A stretch of 64,000 nt of DNA from Veleropilina oligotropha (lineage: Eukaryota), in assembly GCA_048128005.1 (NCBI GenBank), contig JBEUKZ010000069.1, forward strand, positions 124,001 to 188,000, given 5' to 3'. The first letter of the stretch is position 1, and every line of letters begins with the position of its first letter. A program made the position numbers and the translations under genes. This document shows, piece by piece, positions 52,845 to 64,000 of this stretch. A model generated the notes under the pieces. The model did not search any database. It was not told where the DNA came from and saw only the letters and a list, made by a program, of their open reading frames with translations.

Positions 52845-54045
52845 TAGTTATGTCTCCCCATCCGAAGAATGAGAGGGAGATATTGTTTTACACTCCATTC
52901 TCTTTCTCATCCACGATTTTTGTCCGGAGTTCTTATAAATGGCAGCATGATTTCACCCCATTGCAGTGTGGCAAAATTTTCCGAAAACGACCTTCGACCT
53001 TGACGTAATGACATTTGACCCCGAAATCGGGTCCGGGCTGGATCTCCGAGATTTCAAATCGTATCTGTTTAATTTCTTTGTAGATGCATGGCCCGGCTCG
53101 CACTTCAAACATGTGCAGTGTGCTAAAATTTTGCACCTTTGACCTTGGCACTGTGATATGAAAAATGTCCATATTTAGACATTTTTATGCCACCACCAAT
53201 TTATTGGGGTGGCATTTAGATTTACTCTTGTCCGTCCCGTCCCGTCCGTCCCGAAACCAGTATTTGCGTGTAAGCAACTCCAATCTGCTATAACTTATAT
53301 TTGCCTTCATGGATTGACTTGATACTTTGTACACTTGCTTATCATCATTCATGCTTCGCTTCTGCGACCCATCCATGTCGCCGTATGGCCAAGGTCAAGG
53401 TCAAATGACTTAGCTCTTCAAACCAGTATTTGCGTGTAAGCAACTCCAATCTGCTATAACTTCTATTTGCCTTCATGGATTGACTTGATACTTTGTACAC
53501 TGCCCCTATGGTCAAGGCTGCCAGTGGGGGCATCCGTGTCAGATGGACACATTTCTAGTTCTATCTTGTTTTCTTAAAAAATTTCACCAATTGTTTTCCT
53601 GAGGGTGAGCACACTGTATAACAACGTTCAGTTTTGCTCTTAGGTCAAATGTCAATGTCACGCAGATCAAAGTGTACTTTTCTGACACCGACTTGTCCAG
53701 ACTAGGTCTCGGGTCCTATGCATGCCAGCATGATTTCCTTTGGTACGTTAACTCATCCCATCATGCCATTGTGCAACCGGTAAAATTTCCCGGTAATGAC
53801 CTTTGACCTTGCCGTATTGATCTTTGACCCAGAAATCGTGTCTGGGCTTGTTCTCTGAGATTTCAAATCATATCCTTCTAATTTATTTGTAGATGCATGG
53901 TCCACACTTCAAGCATGCCCTAAAATGTAGCAATTTTGACCTTTGATTTTCAATGGGTCGTGACTTTTGAAACATCATGAGGGTCGAGTTATTGCTCTTC
54001 CACGGGGAGACATATGTTTTTGTCTGCATAAACATAACGAGTTTC
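52845..54045 (+). mobile_element. HINE/DINE-1-like element with a second HINE nested at about 53182-53560
   Basis: Outer subTIRs ATGTCTCCCC (52850) and GGGGAGACAT (54004). The inner element runs TTTTTATGCCACCAC..GGTGGCAT, (GTCC)n, ending GTGGGGGCATCCGTGTC..GACACATTTCTAGTT. Confidence 0.7.
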
Positions 54046-54397
54046 TGATGATATATATAGCATGTCTATATGTGTTTATCTTACTTTAGCTTTTAATACT
54101 GCAATCTGATTGGTTAACGTTCCATCGACAATTACCGTATTCCCCACCCAGGCGGGGTATATGAATTATTTATACCTTACGTAGTTGTGTGTACTATTGT
54201 GATTTGGAGCGCCCTCTAAGACAAGGGAGATAATTGTGAACATGTCAGCTGCCAAAACATCAATGCAAATGTTAAGTCTTGGAATCGTCCATCGTTTCGA
54301 AAATTTTGCATCAATTTCATTTTATAGTCTTAACGGTTTACACTTTTGACATTTTTATGTAAAATGAATATCGAATTATCCTTATTTAGCTAATTGA

Positions 54398-57300
54398 TTT
54401 TTGGCTCGCATGCAACGCAGATGCGAGCCTATGTAATGATGATGTACGTCCGTCCGGCCGTCCGTCTGTCCGGCCGGCCGTCCGTCTGTCCGGCCGTCCG
54501 CAGTGAATGTTAAAGTTTTTCAATTATGCTATATATGCAATCCTGTGCTCTCTTTATCATAATTGTATTGTAGATATGTCTATTCCCATGTTGCACAACA
54601 CTACACTATTAATATTGAATGTAATTTAAATACAATTTTCTTTCAAAATGCTGCTTTTGGACTTGAGACATTTTAAATGTTAAAGTTTTTCAATAATACT
54701 ATATATAGGCAAATATGTGCACTCTTTATCATCGTATTATTTGAAATAATGTCTACTGCAATATAGCCCTACACTATGACAGTAATATGGAATGTAATTT
54801 AAATCAAATTTTACTTCAAAAGTGATACAGTACTTCTGGACATAGAAATTATTTTGTTCAAGTTTTTCAATGATGCTATATAATACCTGACATTGAAACT
54901 TTTTAGCATCATTGAACATTAGATATGTTTATTTCAATATCCCATGCCACCAGAGCAGTATTATTTAAGGTAAATTAAATCTATTTTATCTCAAAAATAG
55001 AAATTATGTGACATTTTAACTTGGGAAATTTTATAAAGTTAAATGTTGAATTTTTTTTATCAAGGTTACACTCTCTTCATGCTTTCTATGTATGGCTTGC
55101 ATGCAAAGCAGATGCAGGCCTATGTAATGATGATGTCCGTCCGTCCGTCTGTCTGTCTGGCTCTCCGCTGTGAATGTTAACGTTTTTCAATCATGATATA
55201 TAGGCAACCATGTGCTCTCGCTGTATTGTAGATATGTCTATTACCATGTTGCACAACACTATAACAGTAATATTGAATGTAATTTAAATAAAATTTTACT
55301 TCAAATTGCTGCTTTTGTACTTAGAAATATTGAATGTTAAAGTTTTAAATAATGCTTTTCAATATAGGCAAACATGTGCACTCTTTATCATCATTTGTAT
55401 TCTTCTCCAATGCTACACGACACTATAACACTAATATTGAATGTAATTTAAATGTAATTATACTTCAAAATGCTAGTTCTGGATTTAAAAAATATTTTGT
55501 TAAAGTTTTGGTCAAACTTTTCCGTTGATGCTATAATGTCTTTTTATCTTTAAATTTGATTAACATAATAGTATGTGTGCTTATGTACATAGTGCATGGC
55601 ATGTGGTATACTGTAACTTGTCATATAAAATTATAACACAGTCATGTCTACGTCGCAATTTTATGCCCGCGCCGAAGGCGAAAGGGCATATTGTTTCTGT
55701 ACCGTCCTGCATCAACAATTTGTTTAAAGTTTTTTGTTGAGTGTATATGGGTTTTCCAAGGGACTTTTTAGTGTATGTATGCTTTGTTATAGGTTATATG
55801 GATATCATCTGATACTCTGGCAATGATATTTAATACAATTTGATATAATTAATGAAAATATGATGGTCTCTTTGGACATAGAAGTTTAGGTGAATTTTAG
55901 GTTAAAGTTTTTTGTGTCCGCTCTACAGTGAAAAGTTCTAATCCGATTTGATTCAAATTTGATATGCAAGTTAGTTTTCATGTGTGTGTGCTCTACAGTG
56001 AAGAGTTCTATTCCGATTTCATTAAAATTTGGTATGCACATTCGTTATGATGTGCACACGCCGACTAACGATTTTCGTTGTTTTTGGACTCAAGATGGCC
56101 ATCGTGGCGGCCATTTTGTTTTGAAGAAATTTCTTGTGTGTGCTCTACAGTGAAGAGTTATATTCTGCTTTCATTCAAATTCGGTATGCACCTTCGTTAT
56201 GATGTGAACACGCCGACTAACGATTATCGTCGTTTTTGGATTCAAGATGGCTGCCGTGGTGGCCATTTTGTTTCAAAGATATTTCTTGTATCCGTTCTAC
56301 AGTGAAGAGTTCTATTCTGATTTGATTCAAATTCAGTATGCACGTTCATTATGATGAGGACATGCCGTCTAACGATTTTCGTCGATTTTGCGTTCAATAT
56401 GGCTGCCATGGTGGCCATTTTGTTTTGAAGAAATTTCTTGTGTCTGTTCTACAGTGAAGACTTCTCTATCCAGATTTGATTCAAATTCGGTATGCATGTT
56501 CATTATGATGAGGACACACCGCCTAGCAATTTTTGTCGATTTCGGATTCAACATGGCCACCGTGGTGGCCATTTTGTTTTGAAGAAATTTCTTGTGTGTG
56601 CTCTACAGTGAAGAGTTCTATTCTGATTTCATTCAAATTCGGTATGCACGTTCGTTATGAAGTGGGCACGCAGACTAACGATTTTCGTCGTTTTCGGATT
56701 CAAGATGGCCGCCGTGGTGGCCATTTTGTTTGGAATATATCTCTTGTATCCGCTCTACAGTGAAGAGTTCTATTCTGATTTGATTCAAAATCAGTATGCA
56801 CGTTCCTTTAAATATGATGAGGACATGCCGTCTAACGATTTTAGTCATTTTGCGTTCAAGATGGCTGTCATGGTGGCCATTTTGTTTTGAAGATATTTCT
56901 TGTGTCTGTTCTACAGTGAAGAGTTCTATTACGATTTCATTCAAATTTGGTATGCACGTTCATTATGATGAGGACACACCTAACGATTTTTATGATTTTT
57001 GGATTCAAGATGGCTGCCGTGGTGGCCATTTTGTTTTGGAAGTATACCTTCTGTGAGCTCTATAGTAAAAAGTTCTTATCCTATTTCAATCAAATTAGAT
57101 ATACACTTTTGGTATGATGAGAACACTACACCTATCAATTTTCGGATTCAAGATGGCTGCCCTGGCAACCATTTTGTTTTGAATAGATTTCTTGTTTGCA
57201 CTCGACAATGAAAATTTCTAATCCTATTGGATTCAAATTCGGTGTGCATGTTGATGAGTTAAGATGAGGGCATGCCACCTAACGATTGTCGTCGTTTTTA

Positions 57301-58038
57301 TTAAAGAAGGCTGCCATGGTGGGCATTCTGTTTTGAAGAGTTTTCTTGTGTGCGTTCTATAGAGGAAAGTTCTTATCCGATCTCATTCAAAGTCGGTATG
57401 GACGTTAGTTATTATGAGGACACGCCGTGTAACGATGTTCGTCGTTTTCTGATTCAAGATGGCCGCCGTGGTGGCCATTTTGTTTTGAAGAAATTTCTTG
57501 TATCCGCTCTACAGTGAAGAGTTCTATTCTGATTTGATTCAAAATCAGTATGCACGTTCATTATGATGAGGACACACCGCCTAACGTTTTTGTCGTTTTC
57601 GGATTCAAGATGGCCGCCGTGGTGGCCATTTTGTTTTGAATATTCCAATAATTCAATGTTGCTGATTAACATTATATCTTGGTCACTATTATCACAGAGC
57701 CATGCATTACTATAAATTAACAAATTTATGCTTCCACTTAATAATAAAATATATGTATTAAGACTTTTGCAGTCTGCTTGTCAAAATATATTGGTTTCTT
57801 AACCTTTCCTGTGTGTAGTTTTTAGGGCACTATATTTTGACTGTATACTTATATGTGAGCCGCGTACAGGGAAGGGCATGGGCCCGCATACATACGGGAG
57901 TCGCATACGTAGGGTTATAATGGTGAATCCAACGTCATAGAACATTATATTACTTTGGTTGTTTTAGAGCTGGGATGGCTACAGTACTAGATAAATATAT
58001 GAGTCATGCGAGCCATTTCACGGCTTTGACGTTCTAGT
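54398..58038 (+). mobile_element. HINE/DINE-1-like element with a duplicated 5' module (about 55095) and a further nested HINE starting at about 55659
   Basis: SubTIRs GGCTCGCATG (54403) and CATGCGAGCC (58005), a 5' hairpin, a (GTCC)n microsatellite and a 3' TTCTAGT. Confidence 0.75.
55915..57640. repeat. ~152-bp tandem satellite (about 11 copies) inside the nested HINE
   Basis: CTACAGTGAAGAGTTCTA..TTCAAATTCGGTATGC..CAAGATGGCCGCCGTGGTGGCCATTTTG recurs at about 55991, 56143, 56295, 56601 and 56753. Confidence 0.9.
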
Positions 58039-58203
58039 ATTATATTGAAGTAAGATAAATTCGTTGTCGGCATAGCTCTCGTGAAATATGGGTCTATGTA
58101 CCGTTTGTGAGAATTTATTAACCTCGACTTCGTCTCGGTTAATAAATTATCACAAACAGGTACATAGACCCATATTCCCCTCGGGCAATGCCGACAACTT
58201 ATA

Positions 58204-59113
58204 TTATCTTACTTTAGCTCTTAATACTGCAATCTGATTGGTTAACGTTCCTTCGACAATTACCGTATTCCCCACCCAGGCGGGGTATATGAATTATTTA
58301 TACCTTACGTAGTTGTGTGTACTAGTGTAATTTGGAGCGCCCTAGAAGACAAGGGAGATAATTGTGAACATGTCGTCTGCCAAAACATCAATGCAAATGT
58401 TAAGTCTTGGAATCGTCCATCGTTTTGAAAATTTTGCAACAATTTCATTTTATAGTCGTAACGGTTTACACTTTTGACATTTTCATGTAAAATGAATATA
58501 TCCAATTATCCTTATTTAGCTAATTTTGGTGTTTACTTCGACTTCCTATTATTCTCCTGCGCAGAGACGTCATTTCTTTATCGTACTGTACGGAGTATTC
58601 TTAATTTCTCCGCCTGGAGAGTGACGGTTGCTAGGCATTATTATTTCATTCTAATGGGCGCGTCAGAATATCTTCAATATTTTATATAATGTATATTGGT
58701 ATGGATGTATTTGCCACAAACATACTTTGTGTATTTTTCAATAATCATGCCAATTATGCTAAAATATCACAGTTATAACGGAAGGAATATATTTTATATT
58801 GAACACGAGTTTTACACATGATCTTCGGCAGAGCTGAAAATATTATTTTAGGAACGCGTTTTTTTCGTAACAACAATAGCATATATAAAATGGATTCTTT
58901 CACGGAGTTACGAAGTTGGAAAAGAAACTTGTTCAAAAGGCTTGATTTTATTATATTGAAGTAAGATAATTCGTTGTCGTCGTAGCCCTCGTGAAATATG
59001 GGTCTATGTACCGTTTGTGAGAATTTATTAACCTCGACTTCGTCTCGGTTAATAAATTCTCACAAACAGGTACATAGACCCATATTCCCCTCGGGCAATG
59101 CCAACAGCTTATA
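58204..59113 (+). mobile_element. SIR-plus-hairpin element, copy 2 (uninterrupted, about 910 bp), head-to-tail with copy 1
   Basis: Junction CAACTTATA|TTATCTTACTT at 58203/58204, inverted copy AAGTAAGATAA at about 58959, hairpin apex CTCGACTTCGTCTCG at 59033. Confidence 0.88.
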
Positions 59114-59399
59114 ATATACTGATATTTTGCGTAAAACACAAAAATGCCACGCAGTCTTCAAATGCGGCAAGAAAATGTAGGATTACATTTCATCATGGTG
59201 GGTGACGTCACATGGGGAACCATCTGGTATCTGCGAGCGTCTGATAGCATTACTTGCGAGTACGAACAATGATGGCGGCCGAATCGTGCAGTTCAGAGAC
59301 CGATACTGCGATAGTGATGGACATTTTGAATTGATTAATCTATATGGCATTAGCATTCGGGCACTAACAAACTTTAAAAATTTGAATGTTTCATACATA

Positions 59400-59600
59400 C
59401 CCTTGATACACTCAGCTACGAAATGTTCACCACATATAACACTATGTGACTGAGCACGTGTCCAGTCCGATCTAGTGTTTGGCACGAAGCGTTCCCATTG
59501 TTGTCAACAATATTCCAATTAAGTGGAAATAGGTGCATCGAATATACTGTTAAAGTACTGTTCCTGCAGTTTCTAACTATGCAACTCTTATATTTATACC
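59400..59600 (-). pseudogene. Frameshifted THAP-domain relic (DNA transposon-derived)
   Basis: SCIVRNCRNS..MHLFP in one frame, continued by PNTRSDWT..SVICGEHF in another. Confidence 0.6.
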
Positions 59601-62157
59601 ATTTTGAAAATACTGAGTGATTATATATTTGATGTTTACTTCTTAGTGAGCAAGTGTGTATTGAGACTACCATGTCATTTCCCTGCTACCAGGCTCTGAG
59701 AAACATCAGGGTTCCCGACGTGACGCCATGAATTGGCCGTCTGGGCAAACCGAGCATCCATAATCAGGTCACACAAGGGTCTGTTTGGGATCGTTTTCCT
59801 TTCACTTCTCAACCAAATTTGCCACAGTAAGCAAGATAACACCATAATAAAGCTTTATAGGTGGTGTTTGGACAAAGTGATATGTATTAGACCTGGACTT
59901 TAAGCGTTGATACAAACAAATTTAGCAGGTTAGATACACGGCATCTTCAGGGGCTTCAATAACAAAAGCAATTTGAGGGTATTTTTGTTTGATAGGTGGG
60001 TACCGACCGTACTGCCATTCTGTTCATGGTAATATTCTGTTAATATATGCAATTTGATACTAATGAACAAACAATGCAACATGAGAATGTCAGTCGGTAC
60101 ACATTGGCATGCAAGCAGGTGAAAAACACAAGGTACATGCTTTTTAATAACAGCCATGAATATGTTGGTGCCGACCGTGAACCATGACAGCTGTAATTTC
60201 AGAAAGGAAAACGCTCAGTATTGGATCGAGCATGGACTTAATTCACTTATACAGGAGTGGGTTCGAATTCATTTATCATGTGGGTGTTTTATTCAGTTAA
60301 TAGTCACAATTGGCCGTTGCGAGTCTGTTTAATCCACCTGTGAAATATCCTAGCATAAACCTTGTTTTGTTTATTTGATCATGGTCTTATTTTGTTTTTA
60401 TATTGTTATAGAGATCTCAGGGGATGAAAGCGATGTTCCTAGTGATGATGGTGAGGAGAATGTTTCCGGTGAGGAGAATGTTTCCAGTGATGAAAACGAG
60501 CCAATGCAGAAAAAAAGAAAGCGTTGTTGCCAGGCATCACGAAAAGGTAATCTTTTATTACAAGTTTTAGCATCTAAAAAAAATATCCTTGACCAAAACA
60601 TATTTAGTTAATATACCGGAGAGCATTTTTCCTCTTTACCAGAGTAGTCAGCGTTAGCTATTTTCTTTGATGCATTTGTAGGTTGGTTACTAGAGTGAAT
60701 TTATTACGTTGATGTATGGATGGGAGGCAGTACATATATATATATTTATATATAGTTGGTTGGTTGGCAATTTGTTTTACGGTAGCGTCGTTTGTGCAAT
60801 CATCTTGTTTATACTTGCATAAGGCACAACAGTGTCGCACTGGTGTGAGAAGCAATTCTTGCATAACACTGTTATTGTGCACACTTATTTTTTTCTGTTG
60901 GAACTGGCAGGCTAAAACGCTGATGAGGTGGAAGCGGGCCTAAAACTTCATACACCACCACCACCAACAATTTGTTTTATGACCACTTTGGCAGTTTTCA
61001 GCCTTAACGCATTAGGGACACCCGGTTTAAGGTCTCTCTCCGAACTAACCGACATACATTAGGGATATGTCATCTATTTGTTTTAAGCGTTAGAATAAGC
61101 CACGCCGGAACCCACATCCTACCGTCCTACTTAAAGTTTTTCTGATGCTCTTTGTGTTTATTAATTATTTATAGAAGACATTATCAGTCATATTATATAA
61201 ACAATATTTTATATCTAAAATCCTGAACTGGCATTCGTAGGTTAAATTCTGTCACATAAAAGACGAACCGCTGGACCCACACCTTTCATAATTGGCATTC
61301 ATCTTGTATATCATCATGCCTTGTCAAAGAGGGAGTCACTGGGTGAAAGGTCAATATCTGTTTCATGTATTTACATTCTGACACTCGGAGGATTGCTTTC
61401 TGTCACATAGAAGAGGAATCATTTGACATTCACCATTCATATTTGGTATAAACCGTATATACCATCATGCCATGCCTAAGTTTATTCAAAGATGATGTCA
61501 CTGTGTCAAAGGTCAAGGTCATTTCCATGTATTTACCTTCTGTCACTTGGAAGCAGGCGACAACTGCCTCACAATTATGTCCATTTGCAGATGCGTACTG
61601 CCGGGTCATTTAATGATACAGTGTACTAAGTAGCCAGTGATCTGGTGCCTTTTGCCATTGCAATGTTGTGCAGCGATTATTAACAGAGTTATTCGTTAAT
61701 GTTATCTCAAAAAGTGATTGACTTATCTAAGTTACGAAACTTTGTGGGTGTATTCAGTAGTTGGTTACCTGGTGCTTTTTTCTAATTTTGACGTTGTGCT
61801 GTGTTTAATGACAGTGTTATTGCCCTTGTTATTTATCATTTCGAGAGCATATCTCTTAAGTCTCTTGACTTCTCTTTACGAATTTATTCAGTAGTTGGTT
61901 AACTGGTGCCTTTGTCCAAATTTGATGTGGCGCTGCTATTATTGACAGAATCATTTCCCATGTTTTTATTTAAAACAACGATATTGCACTTATTCTATTG
62001 CAGTTTCAAGACAGCAAATAGTAATTGTGAATGCACCGTTGTGGGGGATATTGATGGCTCTGTCTTATTATTTCAACTTAAACATGGGGATCTTGTTAAA
62101 ATTAATGTTGTACCGGTGGAATATGTCGTCTTCTGATAACTATTGTTGAAAATCATG

Positions 62158-63224
62158 ATTAGTCCCCCACCGCAAGCGAAGCGGGGACTATGGTAATCAG
62201 CTCTGTCCATACGTATGTACGTCCCCGTACTGAAAGAACCAATTTCATATATATTTGGTGGAAAGATGCATTGGGGGATACTGCCCACACCAGTCGATTA
62301 TGGTGACCACTTCATTTTTAAGGTCACAGGGTGCACTTGACTATTTAGCTCATTCAATTATTGTTAGTGCGATATCTCTAGACAAAAATAATCGACTTCA
62401 TTATGTGGTGGATTGATGCATTGCGAGATGTCGCCGAACTCATTCGATTATGGTGACCTTGACCTCATTTTCAAGGTCACATAATGCACTGTACTATTTC
62501 AGTGGTTGTTAGGGTGATATCTCAAGATAGAATGAACCGATATCATTTATATGTGGTGGATAGGTGCCTTTGTGGGTACTGCCGACAATTTGATTGTGTC
62601 GACTGTGACCTTATTTTCAAGGTCACAGGGTGCATTTTATTATTTCGCTCATTCTAATGTTAGCACGATCTCAAAACGGAATCAATCGATTTCAATTATA
62701 TTTGGTGGATATATGCATTGGGGGATACCTCAATCGATTATGGTGACCTTGATCTCATATTCAAGGTCACACAGTTGTTGTTGGCGCATTATCTCAAGAC
62801 GTAATGAATCGATTTCATTTACATTTGGTGGATAGATGCATTGGGGGATACCGCCAACACCACTCTATTATGATGACCTTGACCTCATTTTCAAGGTTAC
62901 ATGGTGCAGTTTACTCTTTTGCTCTTTCAGTTGTTGATAGCGATATATCTCTAGACAGAATTAACTGATTTCGTTTATATTTGGCAGATACCGTCGACCC
63001 CAGTCAATTATGGTGACCTTTACCATTTCGCTCATTCCGATGTTGTTGGTGCAATATATCAAGACAGAATGAACCAATTTCATTTATATTTGGTTAATAA
63101 ACCCCATTTCACCACATTTTACGTGTCACATAAGCCTCTTTTCTGATGCGTTGATTTTGGCATCATAGATGCGCTCAGTAACATATGGGGGGGAAATTGC
63201 CATTTTGGTGGCAAACGCTTGTTT
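62158..63224 (+). mobile_element. HINE/DINE-1-like element with ~140-bp internal repeats, in YR intron 2
   Basis: 5' TTAGTCCCCCACCGCAAGCGAAGCGGGGACTA hairpin, repeated GATTATGGTGACCTTGACCTCATTTTCAAGGTCAC, and a 3' GGGGGGA..TTGCCA..TGGCAA..CTTGTT. Confidence 0.7.
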
Positions 63225-64000
63225 TCACTTGGGATTGACATTGGAGAGGTACTTATTTCAACGATGAAGGTGAATGTCTTGTATATATCATAATTGAAAG
63301 CCTTCCTCAGTGCATCTTGTTATTGTTTATTCATCTGATCTGGTCTTCAATTGACATGCATTATTTTATCTCGGTTAATTTTGATAATTGAAGCTTATAG
63401 TTAATTATTTACATTAACATTGATGATATTCTATTTTAGTTCCTAATCGACGTCCTTGGTCAAAGGAAGAGAAAGCGGCTATTCAAAGACAGTTGGGAAA
63501 ATATATCCGCACGATGCAATGTCCTAATAAGGCATTATGTGAGAATGCTAGACAGCAAGAACTTGCTCTAAAGGACAGATCTTGGACAAATATTAAATTT
63601 CAAGTGAAAAATATGATTACTGCTGCCAAGCATTTACCTAAGAAAATGCTCAAATGAACAACAGACTGCACAAATTTCAATTTTGCTAAATGGGCTTAGC
63701 CAAATAGCAATTGCGTAACTCATTTTTATGTGGAAATGTAATAACTGTTTGATTAAGCTGTATAGCATCATTATCCGAAAGGGGTGTCCTGATGCCTGCA
63801 TACTGTTTGTAATGTCTCCTTTTATGGAGTTAAGTCACAGTTGTCCATACAGGGTAAGATGGGTAAATTTTCCGGAGAGACCAGGTCATCTGGCTTCTCT
63901 TCCGTGATAATAGGGACACGTCCTGGTACCATACTATAACCTGCTGGGTGCTAATAGGGACACGTCCTGGTGCCATACTATAACCCTGCTGGGTGCTAAT

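Larger units (their letters stand above)
54076..58203 (+). mobile_element. SIR-plus-hairpin element, copy 1 of a tandem pair; its middle is replaced by nested HINEs
   Basis: 5' TTATCTTACTT, inverted copy AAGTAAGATAA at 58048, hairpin 58063-58198, ends CAACTTATA. 54076-54395 closely matches 58204-58525. Confidence 0.85.
49889..63657 (+). pseudogene. Crypton-type tyrosine recombinase gene, interrupted by one insertion. Coding segments 49889-50641, 51100-52321, 60412-60546, 63440-63657 (775 aa if the insertion is removed)
   Basis: Acidic N-terminus, C2H2-like CLYC..LPRHLELVH and LPCEFC. YR catalytic motifs FNRRRGGE (R), LGKKDR (K), STKLRKH (HxxR position), FLGH and LYRLP (Y). Two phase-1 GT-AG introns lead to an acidic/NLS exon and a Myb/SANT-like last exon RRPWSKEEK..DRSWTNIKFQVKN. 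Confidence 0.85.

Noticed and set aside
55959..57723. Cluster of short W/P/C-rich ORFs
   Set aside because: They are translations of the 152-bp satellite.

Overview
AT-rich, repeat-dense animal genomic DNA (probably a lophotrochozoan invertebrate, inferred from the transposon repertoire), not prokaryotic. The left part holds a C2H2 zinc-finger gene (426-1358, minus), a decayed paralogue (about 14.8-16.35 kb) and a decayed Academ-like transposon nested with SINEs and an L2-type LINE. A 29-bp tandem array of about 230 units is split by a 7.7-kb TIR element (CCCAG...CTGGG ends, 2-bp GT target duplication, EnSpm/CMC-like). That element has no visible transposase but carries a spliced DUF4806-like gene. 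The middle holds RTE, Merlin, hAT-like and MITE relics and an inverted duplicate of the ZNF upstream region. The right part holds a spliced Crypton-type tyrosine recombinase (YR) gene (49889-63657). Its only visible lesion is a precise 458-bp insertion without a target duplication; removing it restores a 775-codon frame. That insertion belongs to a set of small non-coding elements that recurs at least 5-7 times in the window. They share an A...A'B...B' architecture, a long terminal hairpin with a conserved apex, and head-to-tail tandem junctions. Family names come from motif recognition by eye; no database search was run.
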